A stretch of DNA of 64,000 bases from a plasmid. Every line of letters starts with the position of its first letter. The first letter of the stretch is position 1. The notes beneath the pieces are model-generated. The model saw only the letters and a list, made by a program, of their open reading frames with translations. It had not been told where the DNA came from and did no database searches. Of the stretch, positions 9,277 through 18,500 are shown piece after piece. Location of the stretch: sequence record NZ_CP014128.2. The stretch is one strand, 5' to 3'. A program made the position numbers and the translations under genes.

Positions 9277-9554
9277 CAGTGATAATCCTCATAATTCAGA
9301 ATCCAGGCATCCCCATCTTTAAACTCAAAAGTAATGCGCCAGTTCCCTGTGACCGTGATCGACCAGATACCTTGTCTGTCACCTTTAAGTGGATGCAGCC
9401 TGTAGCCGCTGAGGTTCATATCCTCAATATTTTCAGCAAGGTCGATAACCCTTAAGCGAGTACGTAACCGTTTTTCATGGGCTGCATTAATTTTTCTGGT
9501 TGAGCCGGTGGTGTAAAACTCTTCAAGCCCCTTGTGTAGCCAGGTTTTGATCAT
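9276..9554 (-). CDS. higB: HigB/RelE-like toxin (plasmid maintenance system killer family)
   Basis: MIKTWLHKGLEEFYTTGSTRKINAAHEKRLRTRLRVIDLAENIEDMNLSGYRLHPLKGDRQGIWSITVTGNWRITFEFKDGDAWILNYEDYH, 92 aa from ATG 9554. Toxin-upstream, antitoxin-downstream order is typical of higBA. Confidence 0.75.
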   Translation of the reverse strand: MIKTWLHKGLEEFYTTGSTRKINAAHEKRLRTRLRVIDLAENIEDMNLSGYRLHPLKGDRQGIWSITVTGNWRITFEFKDGDAWILNYEDYH

Positions 9555-10046
9555 CCGTGTTTCCCAGTGTTGCCTGATGTGGAACATCATAGCATGTGTT
9601 GCATCTAATGCAACAGAAGGGTTAACAGACAGCAATTTCTTAAAGAAGATGAGCGATACAGATATGACACTGATTTAACAGACTTTACGGGTTGACACTC
9701 TCTCTTCAATACTCACATCTACGCATCCGTTCCTCATTGATATCCCGGCCACATCAGGCAACGACTGCGGAGCTTGAAGGCATGGCTGTAAGAATGGCCG
9801 CCTCATTGATGGATAAAAACAGCTAAGCGAACTCAAAAAACTTTGCGCGCTTCAGCGCAGGAAAAAGCGTGTGGCAGGACGGCGGGGCTGTTACCTCGGC
9901 CGGCAGAGAGAAAACCGGACTTTAGCGAAGCGGTGCCGATATTTCAAAGAGTTACACCATATTTATTTCACCAGACGGCTTCATAAGCTGTTCTACACTT
10001 ACATCTTCAGTCGCGCCATTTGACTGAAAAAGCCGCATCACGAAGA

Positions 10047-10082
10047 GGGTGGCGACAGCAATGCATCACGCAGTCGCCACCC
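10047..10082. other. Perfect 10-bp inverted repeat (GGGTGGCGAC-N16-GTCGCCACCC) in the fdhA leader
   Basis: Seen directly. Lies 33 nt upstream of the fdhA ATG (10115). No T-tract follows it. Confidence 0.3.
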
Positions 10083-10114
10083 TCAAAACTGATCATGCAA
10101 GAGAGGTGAACACT

Positions 10115-11248
10115 ATGAAAGCAGTTGTCTATAACGGACCATTTGACGTTTCAGTCAAAGATGTCCCGGATCCGAAAATCGTTCGTCCCACCGATGTGAT
10201 TGTCCGTATTACCACCACCAATATCTGCGGTTCTGACTTACATATGTACGAAGGGCGAACCAGCTTTGAGCAGGGTCGCATCTTCGGCCATGAGAATCTG
10301 GGCCAGGTTGTTGAAATTGGTAGCGGTGTAGAGCGGATTAAAGTCGGTGATTATGTCTGCCTGCCCTTTAATGTCGGCTGCGGCTTCTGTGAAAATTGCG
10401 AGAAAGGGTTAACCGGTTACTGTCTGACGGCCAATCCGGGCACGGCAGGTGCCGCCTATGGCTTTGCGGAGATGGGCGAATGGGAGGGTGGACAGGCGGA
10501 ATTACTTCGTGTTCCCTTCGCTGACTTTAACTGTCTGGTTTTGCCTCCGGATGCGGCAGAAAAGGAGGAAGACTACGTTATGCTGTCCGACATCTTCCCT
10601 ACCGGCTGGCATGCCACTGAGCTGGCAGGCTTGCGCCCTGGCGAGAGTGTTGCCATTTACGGCGCTGGCCCGGTCGGCTTAATGGCGGCGCATTCGGCCA
10701 TGATTAAAGGCGCATCACAGGTCTTTGTGGTCGATACCCATCCGGACAGACTGGCGTTAGCCGAACAGCTTGGCGCAGTGGCGATCAATGGCGTGGGCGA
10801 TGACGCGGTCAATAAAATCCTCGACCTCACCGATGGGCGCGGCACGGATTGCGGTTGCGAATGCGTGGGCTACCAATGCTGCAATAAACATGGCCACGAA
10901 GATAACTCCGCCACGCTGAACAGCCTTGTTGCATCAACTAAAGCCACGGGCGGGATTGGTACGGTAGGCGTTTTTGTTCCTCAGGATCCCGGCGGGGCAA
11001 CCGAACTGGCTAAAGAGGGCAAAGTGCCGTTCGATTTCGGTACGTTCTGGTTTAAAGGTCAGTCAATGAAGACCGGCCAGTGTAACGTGAAAGCCTACAA
11101 CCGCCAGCTCGCAAGGCTTATCCATCAGGGCCGAGCCAATCCGGCGCAGATCATCTCGCATCGTCTTGCACTGGCAGACGCTCCCGAAGGCTATAAGCAT
11201 TTTGACGATCGGGATAATGGCTGGACAAAAGTCATTCTGAAGCCCTGA
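10115..11248 (+). CDS. fdhA: Glutathione-independent formaldehyde dehydrogenase (zinc ADH family)
   Basis: MKAVVYNGPFDVSVKDVPDPKI...GHE...GxGxxG (IYGAGPVGL), Zn-binding Cys ladder CLPFNVGCGFCENC. SD GAGAGGTG 7 nt upstream of ATG 10115. Confidence 0.8.
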   Translation: MKAVVYNGPFDVSVKDVPDPKIVRPTDVIVRITTTNICGSDLHMYEGRTSFEQGRIFGHENLGQVVEIGSGVERIKVGDYVCLPFNVGCGFCENCEKGLTGYCLTANPGTAGAAYGFAEMGEWEGGQAELLRVPFADFNCLVLPPDAAEKEEDYVMLSDIFPTGWHATELAGLRPGESVAIYGAGPVGLMAAHSAMIKGASQVFVVDTHPDRLALAEQLGAVAINGVGDDAVNKILDLTDGRGTDCGCECVGYQCCNKHGHEDNSATLNSLVASTKATGGIGTVGVFVPQDPGGATELAKEGKVPFDFGTFWFKGQSMKTGQCNVKAYNRQLARLIHQGRANPAQIISHRLALADAPEGYKHFDDRDNGWTKVILKP

Positions 11249-11540
11249 GTCGTGACGCACAGGATATAAGCCACATTCAGGCGGAGGTGAGAAGCAGAAT
11301 TAAAAGCCTGTCTGTGGTTCGGTGCTTTCAGGGGGTGTTATGACTCTTATGAGAAAGAGGCGAGGTGAAAGCGTCGGGGTGTTGCAAATTAAATCGAATG
11401 GCTCTTCGCAGAATGACTTAGCGTTTAACTTTTTTGATAAAGAAAACATCAGCTTCAACGGATTCTGAACATGCCATGGCTGATTCGCAGTGCCTCATGC
11501 TGATATTATAAAGCGCTGTCAGATAGCCATGGAGGTGTTA

Positions 11541-11792
11541 TGTCACACATTATTTTATGCGATACCCGTGCCTGCATAAAGGCGCTGAAAAGCGATCCCA
11601 TTGCCATTGTTAAATGCAGGGAAGGGTTATCCGGTCGCAATACTCAACCACAATCATCCTGCATTTTATTGCGTCCCGGCTGAGCTATACGAACTGATAC
11701 CTGATGCCCTTGACGATCAGGAACTGGTTAAGCGGGTCCACGAACGCAGCAACCAGTCTCTGCTTGATATCGATCTGGATCAGCTTTTGTGA
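11541..11792 (+). pseudogene. StbD/Phd-YefM-family antitoxin with in-frame TGA (opal) at 11586-11588
   Basis: One frame reads MSHIILCDTRACIRR*KAIPLPLLNAGKGYPVAILNHNHPAFYCVPAELYELIPDALDDQELVKRVHERSNQSLLDIDLDQLL. GGAGG SD before ATG 11541. A single stop interrupts an otherwise intact antitoxin. Confidence 0.6.
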
Positions 11793-12075
11793 GTTATAAC
11801 GTCAAATTCAGGAAGAGGCTTTTAAAGAGTGGCAGTAGCTTGACAAATCTCTCCAGCAGCAATTTGCTAAAAGTCTGAAGAAATATTGTGATAATCCCCA
11901 TATCCCCTCGGAAAAACTACGTGGGATTAAAGACTGCTACAAAATAAAAATTCGGGCGTCCAGTTTTAGGCTGGTTTATCAGGTGATCGACGATTAACTG
12001 ATCATTGCGGTAGTGGCTGTCGATAAGCGTGAGCGCAGCAATGTTTATGATCTTGCCAGGGAGAGGATGCGGTAG
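11789..12075 (+). pseudogene. StbE/RelE-family toxin remnant (frameshift plus two internal stops)
   Basis: Pieces VSYNVKF (frame 0) and ...EAFKEWQ*LDKSLQQQFAKSLKKYCDNPHIPSEKLRGIKDCYKIKIRASSFRLVYQVIDD*LIIAVVAVDKRERSNVYDLARERMR* (frame +2). Clear RelE/ParE fold signature but degraded. Confidence 0.6.
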
Positions 12076-12236
12076 TGAGGCAGGATGAATCTGAAGCTAT
12101 TAATATCGCTGAACAACCTTAAAAATTATGCAGTCATGATAAGAACGTTATCATTGACTTGATACATGCCTTTTCATCGCATCAATGAAATAGCCTTAGT
12201 TTGCACTCTGCAAAGGATCAGGCTTGTAACTGCTAC

Positions 12237-12515
12237 TCAGCACGGATAAATCCACTGTTTTAGCCGCCCGGTCAAGGTCATAGGCAGCCTGGATGCGAAG
12301 CCACATCTCTGGGGTACTGCCAAAACAGCGGCTAGTCTGATAGCCATCTCAGGCGTTACAGCGGTGATGCCAGAAACCATTCTTGAGGCTGTCGAGGGTG
12401 CGATAGCCAAAGCACGCGCTAACTCCCTGATTCCGATATCAAGATCTTCCATAATATCGGAGATAATTTCACCTGCGTGTGGGGGTTCTGCATTTTCATC
12501 AGTAATCATCCTCAT
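12237..12515 (-). pseudogene. Second, frameshifted higA copy
   Basis: First 55 aa about 85% identical to higA at 8971..9276 (PHAGEIISDIMEDLDIGIRELARALAIAPST...). A 1-nt deletion relative to copy 1 puts the C-terminus out of frame. Confidence 0.6.
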
Positions 12516-12660
12516 AGTTTAGAATCCAGGCATCACCTTCTTTAAATTCAAAAGTAATGCGCCAGTTTCCCGTAACGGTATCGACCAGATACCTTGCCTG
12601 TCACCTTTCAGGGGATGCAATCTGTAGCGACTGAGGTTCATATCCTCAATTTTTTCAGCC
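12515..12660 (-). pseudogene. Truncated, frameshifted higB copy
   Basis: About 150 bp with high nucleotide identity to the 3' half of higB (9277..9440), with an indel. Homology ends abruptly near 12660. Confidence 0.5.
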
Positions 12661-12886
12661 AGATCTTATTATTTAACATAATTAGTATTTTACGCATCTA
12701 TACGCGATGTCATTTAACCAATTAATCTTGTCGAAGATCTCTTTGTATCCTAATACCACTGCGCCTTTCAGAGCACACTCTTTAGAATTGCTACCTATCA
12801 CCAAGTGAATTTACCTATATGTGATTCATTGCTTACAGAGGCTCGTTCAGAATAGCGCAGATGATTTATATGGAGGACAAGCTTCC

Positions 12887-13402
12887 GTGACACTGACACA
12901 AAAATCCGCTCATCTGGCCTGGTGCGCTCTGGCAGCTCTTGCATTTGCACGTCAGGACGGTACCGTTTCTTCTGCTGCTCAGGAAAATCTCTTTCTCACA
13001 CGCTGGCTGGCAATCGCCCTGAAGCAGCGCCGCTTTTACCGTGAGGTTGCACCTGACATTGAGTGGCGGCTGAAGCAGGGACGCCAGTATGGCGTCAGCG
13101 CAAAGCTTGCAGGCAAGCTCGACTACCTCTGGCGCTCCTGTACCGGCGAGTTATCTCAGCAGAATGACCTGTTCCGGCTGACATATGCCCTGGAAATGGC
13201 AAAAGATATGTGTTGGGCCTACCGGTTGCTTAGCGATCGGGAGTGGTCTGGAAGGCACGCCACTATCCTGAATGCTGGCGTAGACGGAATTTATCTGTCT
13301 CGTACCAATCTGGATGCTGCGTTCGACGATGACGGCCAGCAGCTTATACCGGTAATGGCTACGACTTACCGGGCGCGTTCAGGGACTGAAAACGCTTTTT
13401 AA
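12887..13402 (+). CDS. Hypothetical protein (orphan ORF upstream of the dspEF end of the island)
   Basis: 171 aa from GTG 12887, preceded by GGAGGA with 9-nt spacing. The ORF track gives the 193-aa alternative from ATG 12821. No recognisable motif. Confidence 0.4.
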   Translation: MTLTQKSAHLAWCALAALAFARQDGTVSSAAQENLFLTRWLAIALKQRRFYREVAPDIEWRLKQGRQYGVSAKLAGKLDYLWRSCTGELSQQNDLFRLTYALEMAKDMCWAYRLLSDREWSGRHATILNAGVDGIYLSRTNLDAAFDDDGQQLIPVMATTYRARSGTENAF

Positions 13403-13819
13403 CCGCTGTGGATGGCAGATTGCTATTCGTGAGTCTTCAGGACTGTATGAGCTGATTGCAGAAAAAACTGATGAAACAATAATTAAGGAAAATTGGCTCA
13501 GCTAATAATGTCTTTAAACTGACCGCAACAGCAATCTTTACTGACTATAGTGAACATCTGTTAAAAGAATGAGTTTTAAAATTGAACTTTAGGTGATGCT
13601 AAAAAGGTTCAGAGCGCTTCGAAACATTTACTGCTAGCGCGCGGGGGAAATTACCAATAAGGAGTTATGGTGAATTTATCCCGATTAAATGATGCCAAAA
13701 GCCCATAACATTAATGAAGTTCAAAAATGGCCCGGGTATCACTGAAAGGCGGGACAGTGAAACAACTGGCAGACTGAGCCTGACGGTTCAATGGCAGACC
13801 AGGAAGAATAGCGAATTAG

Positions 13820-14761
13820 TTAGTGCCGGATTTGTGCCAAATCGTCTTCCGTCAGGCCAGTCATTTTCATGACGGTGCTCCGATCGATACCGTTCTGCAG
13901 CATGGTCCGGGCAACTTCGATTTTGCCTTCGTTTCGACCTTTTTCAATGCCGCGCTGTTCACCCAGCTGGATACCTTGCTCAATACCTTTCTCGATGCCT
14001 TTTTGCTCTAATTGCTGTGCGATGGTCATGAGTGCATCTCCGTGTTGCGGCACACGCTGTGCCAGTTCGCGTACAAAGGCTTCGGCGTCTGACGTGTCGC
14101 CAGCCTGTACAATATAGCGTACCAGCGATATTACTTGTGATGAAGACAGATATCCGGCCAGCAGAATGGGGACAAGCCTGTCGACCAGTTCAGCCAGATC
14201 CCGCTGATGAATATGCTTCTGCAGCAGAGTCAGGGCAGCCATACTGCGATGGTCCGCGATTTCATCATCTGGAATAACCGTAACATCCACCAGGGGAAAT
14301 GAGCTGCCATAGAGGTTTTCCGCCAGCGCTGGGTCATCGAACTCATCAAGCCATCGGGTTGAGTAAGGATAAGGGCTGCGCCTGCCGGTATAGAATAGCA
14401 CCGGTATCACCAGTGGCTGCTGTTTATGGCCTGCCTCAAGGTGCCGCTACATGGCGGCAACAGCATACCGCATAAGCCTGAAAGCCATATGCCGGTCAGG
14501 AGTAGACTGATGCTCGACGAGAACATGTGTATATCCATCGCCTGCAGTGGTCTTAAGGCTGTAGAGGACGTCGCTGAAATATTGGCGGAGGTCGTCTTCA
14601 ACAAATGAGCCGGATTCAAGCTTCAGCGTACTTAGATCACAAATAGCAAGCAGCTTTGCGGGCAGATGGAGTTCCATGAAATCACGGGCGACATCCGGGT
14701 GGGTAAGAAACTGCCGGAACGTAGCATCGTGAGGCGTTGGTGTGCGGTTTTTCTTCTTCAT
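13820..14761 (-). pseudogene. Rpn-family recombination-promoting nuclease / YhgA-like putative transposase, interrupted by a single in-frame amber codon
   Basis: ORFs 14447..14761 ([34 protein letters not shown]...MRYAVAAM) and 13820..14410 (..IPVLFYTGRRSPYPY...MKMTGLTEDDLAQIRH) are in the same frame. They are separated by TAG at 14447-14449 where YhgA-like proteins have Gln ([24 protein letters not shown]). Confidence 0.7.
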
Positions 14762-15036
14762 AAGTTCCGGCTCTGAAAATTAATCGACCTAAGTTACCAC
14801 AGGCCCACAACCGTCTATATTGATAGCGGACGAATCTGCTACCCCTGAAAGTTGCCATCGGATTATTTTTGGCGACCAGGGACTCACTGACTCATAGAGC
14901 GATTGCTAATAGTAGCTGTTGCCTGCTCATTCAGGCATCAAAACAGAGCCGTTAACTGAGAGCTTCATAAGTCTTTTTATTCTGAATGAGTACAGGTAAA
15001 AGTCAGTGTCGAAAGAATTCATCTTTCTCTATTTCT

Positions 15037-15456
15037 TCAGGCCACGCTGTGACTGATTATTTGACCGACAAACTCCCGAACTTCAGCAGCCTGTTCAATA
15101 AAACCGCTCACGACGTGGCTGAAAGTGGCTTCATCAAGCTGAAACAGCGACTGCTGGAAACAGAGGCGCACCTTATACTGCTCATCCATTGCCAGCCAGC
15201 AGCCCTGCATTGCGGCCATTTCAAAGTTCAGCTGTAACAACAGTGGATAAAGCGTCAGCGAGCACTGCGGATCGGTTTCGGTTAACTGACAGTGAATCAG
15301 CAGGCTGTCACTCTGTTCCGGCACCTCCAGCACCGCGGCTTCCTGCCCCTGAGCATCGTACAGGGCGCATACCCCGTCCTTCAGATGCAATGGCGTTTTG
15401 CAGCCCGCAGAGAAGTACTGTAAAAATTTCTCCACCTGCCGTTGTGATGCTGTCAT
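15037..15456 (-). CDS. dspF: DspF/DspB type III secretion chaperone of DspE
   Basis: 139 aa, MTASQRQVEKFLQYFSAGCKTPLHLKDGVCALYDAQGQEAAVLEVPEQSDSLLIHCQLTE... Immediately downstream of dspE with SD AAGGAG. Confidence 0.85.
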   Translation of the reverse strand: MTASQRQVEKFLQYFSAGCKTPLHLKDGVCALYDAQGQEAAVLEVPEQSDSLLIHCQLTETDPQCSLTLYPLLLQLNFEMAAMQGCWLAMDEQYKVRLCFQQSLFQLDEATFSHVVSGFIEQAAEVREFVGQIISHSVA

Positions 15457-15511
15457 CTTCTCGCTCCTTAATTCTCTGTTTAACGGTCTGGCTGGCGACG
15501 ATTAACCGCGG

Positions 15512-18500
15512 TCAGCTTTTCATTTCAAACCCTTCTTTTCTCAGCTCAGAGAGAGCCGATGCCACTTCCGGATTGGCTTTAGCAATGTCACCCTCGAGAG
15601 TGAAGCGCCGGGGTGTGTCCTGGTCCTGACCGTATTTGAAGTTAATGGTGCCGATATTGCGTTCCATACTGACGCCCGCGCTGTTGCTGGCGCCCAGTAA
15701 GAGCGTCGGCGTGTTGAATCCTTCACTTTTGGTAACATTCTGGCTGACGCTGATTGATCGGATGCGCAGGTTATTACGATCCTGGAACAGCAGCCCCAGT
15801 TCCTCGCGCCCTACTTTACCGTCCAGAATGGCTTTTTCCGTCTGATCGCGCAGGCCATCCTTCAGCTCCATCGAGACGCTGGCGCTACTGAACGGCGTGT
15901 TTTGCAACTGTTTGATCAACCCCTTCAGTACCGGATCGTTATCTATCATCGCGCTCAGACGGGTAGCATTAGTGGGTGGCAGGGCCGCGTTAAAATGCTG
16001 CTTCAGCATATCCACAATACCGTTCTCATCCAGCCGGGACAGATTGCTGTAAGAAGTACTGTGCCTGGCCGAGCCCAACCCCATCACGTTGGTTTCAGCA
16101 GCCTGCTGCTGCAGTACCAGCTGTTCCAGGTTGCGTACCGCCTCATATCTGTCGTCACCGATGACCTTATTGCGGGTAAAATGGCGGTGTAACTCGTTCA
16201 GTTGCTTTGAGGGTTCAGGGTTTTCCTGTTTTTTCAGGTCGGCCAGCAGTTTGGTGCTCTCGCTGTCCTTGAAATGTTTGCCTAGCGTGGAGGTCAGCTC
16301 GCTGATATCGTTGCTGGTTACCGGATCGGCCTGCTTCATCTCCACGCTGATCCTTTGGGTGGTGCGGTTATCCATCGCCAGCGACACCGCCACGTTAGTG
16401 GAGGTGAAGGCCGGAAAAGTCCCGACGGACTTAGCCGGCTGTTTGGTGGCATTGTCGGTGACCTTACCATCATGAGTAAAACCGTGGGCGACACCGACAC
16501 TGAAGGTAAGGTTGGCCCCGACGTTAGCCGAGTTAAGGAAAGTCGCACGGTTGTCACTGGCCGCGACCGTGCTGCCAAACTCGCCTTTTTGCGTACTGCG
16601 TTCGCGTCTGGCGGTCATCAGGTTAGCCGAACCGCTTACCCCGGTGGAAATACGGGCGGTTACACCGTCAGGTTTTGCGCCGTCGTTGGTGATGTTAATC
16701 CCGGCACGCAAATCGAAGGCCGCTGAGGTATCGACGTTGAACACCAGTTTGGTGCCCTGCTTCATCTGATGTTCAATCCCTTTTTTCATCAGCTCGGTCG
16801 GCGTCAGCGTGCCGTGCGTCAGGCCATGCAGAAAATCAGGCAGTTCATCTTCGGTCAGTTTGAAGTTAAGACTGTTTTGCAGCGTCCCCTGGACGTTACT
16901 GCTGATGCTGCCGCCGATACGAAAATCCGGGCTGATCTTATGTTTTTTGCTCAGCCAGTCGCTGGCATTTTCGGCGGTGTTTTTTTTGCCGGTCATGTAG
17001 GGCATTAAATCGTGGCCGGTAGCAACAGAGATGGTGCCGGTTGCCCCCCCGTCACGACCAAAGGTGACGTCCAGTCCACCGCTGGTACGGCCAAAGCTCA
17101 GGTTATAAGCACGGTCGAGGGTGATCCCCGCGCCGGGCACGATCGGCACCGGGATTTTGTTTAGCGTCGGTACAAACGCGGTGCTGAGGCCACCGCCGTA
17201 GGCACGGCTGAAACTGATGCTTTCGCCGCCGTCCAGCGACAACAGCGTGTCTTTTAATTTTTTCTCCAACTGGGCGTTGCCCTGGGTGTCCAGCACGGTG
17301 CGGGTGGTCAGGTTGACGCCGTGGTGCTCTTTCTTAAAGGCGTTGATAAAGGCTTTCACCGCATCGTAATTGGCCTCCAGCGGTGCGTTATGGCTGAAGC
17401 CCATGTCGGTAAACTGCTTCACCGGGTTAGCGCCATACTGCTTTTCGCGCAGGGTATCGAACTGCTGACGCAACTGCTTGATCTGGTCGGGATCGGGCTG
17501 ATGTCCTGATACCAGTGCCGCCTTATCCGCCAGCTGATGCAGATCGCCGATGGTAACGGTATCCAGAATCAGCCGCGATTTGGTGAGGGATGTTTCGTCA
17601 TTGGGATCGCGCTGACGCCCCATCGGCACGTCACCTTTCTGGTGACTCATATTTACCCCGGCTTTGACGAAGTGTCTGAGCAGCGCTTGCAGCTTACTTT
17701 GTGGTGACGGCGCGGCAGAGCTGACCGCTTTTTCTAACGCTTTACTGAGGTCACGACCTGAGCGGTTGACGTTAAAGCTTTGAATGACCGCCTTACTGGC
17801 TGAAGGTCTGAACTCTTCGTTAATCTGACCGTTGCTTTTCAATACCCCCTGATGCTGACCCAGTTCAGTGGCCGAGCGGACGGCATTCTGTTCCAACTCT
17901 TCACGGAACCGCTTCATATCATTCAGCAACGCCGCACCGTGTTCACCTAAATCCAGCACTTCCATTTTGCTGTGCAAATCCATTTGTGTGCCGCTGTTAC
18001 GCACGTTGTGCGCTTCCAGCTGCTTAATCAGTGCGCCCTGCATTTCGTAAACCGAGCCCAGACCACGCCGTCCCTGCCAGTTATGCTGTATGTTGTAGGC
18101 CGCATTCTTGATCGGACGCGGCGTCGCCATCGTCGGATTGAAAATATAGGCGCGCACCCGATCGGTAAATTTACTGGTGATTTTGCGGTTTTCCATCCCG
18201 GTCTGCCCGCCCACCTGCGCAGTAAGCTGCATGTTCACGCCGGTTCCGGGGATCAGGCGGCCTTTGAGGCCCTGATTTAAACGGGCAAATACCTGTTCCG
18301 AACCACGCTGGCCTACCTCCAACGGCCCAGACTCTGGCGCGGTATGCGCATGCCACTCCCCTTCTCTCAACTTATGCAGGGTGCCGTCAGCCATCGTGGC
18401 GACCGGCTGGTTGTCATGGTCCATCTCCAGCCGTTGCAGTTCACTTTCGCTGTGCGGCATCGCCAGTTTTTGCCAGTTACCGCCAGCCTCCCCGCTCTGC

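Noticed and set aside
9636-10046. Intergenic regions (9636-10046, 11249-11540, 13403-13819, 14762-15036, 63130-63758) scanned for tRNA/ncRNA and CRISPR repeats
   Set aside because: No cloverleaf-like T-loop (GTTCGAATC-type) or regularly spaced direct repeats seen by eye. AT-rich promoter-like DNA only. A tRNA scan would be needed to be certain.
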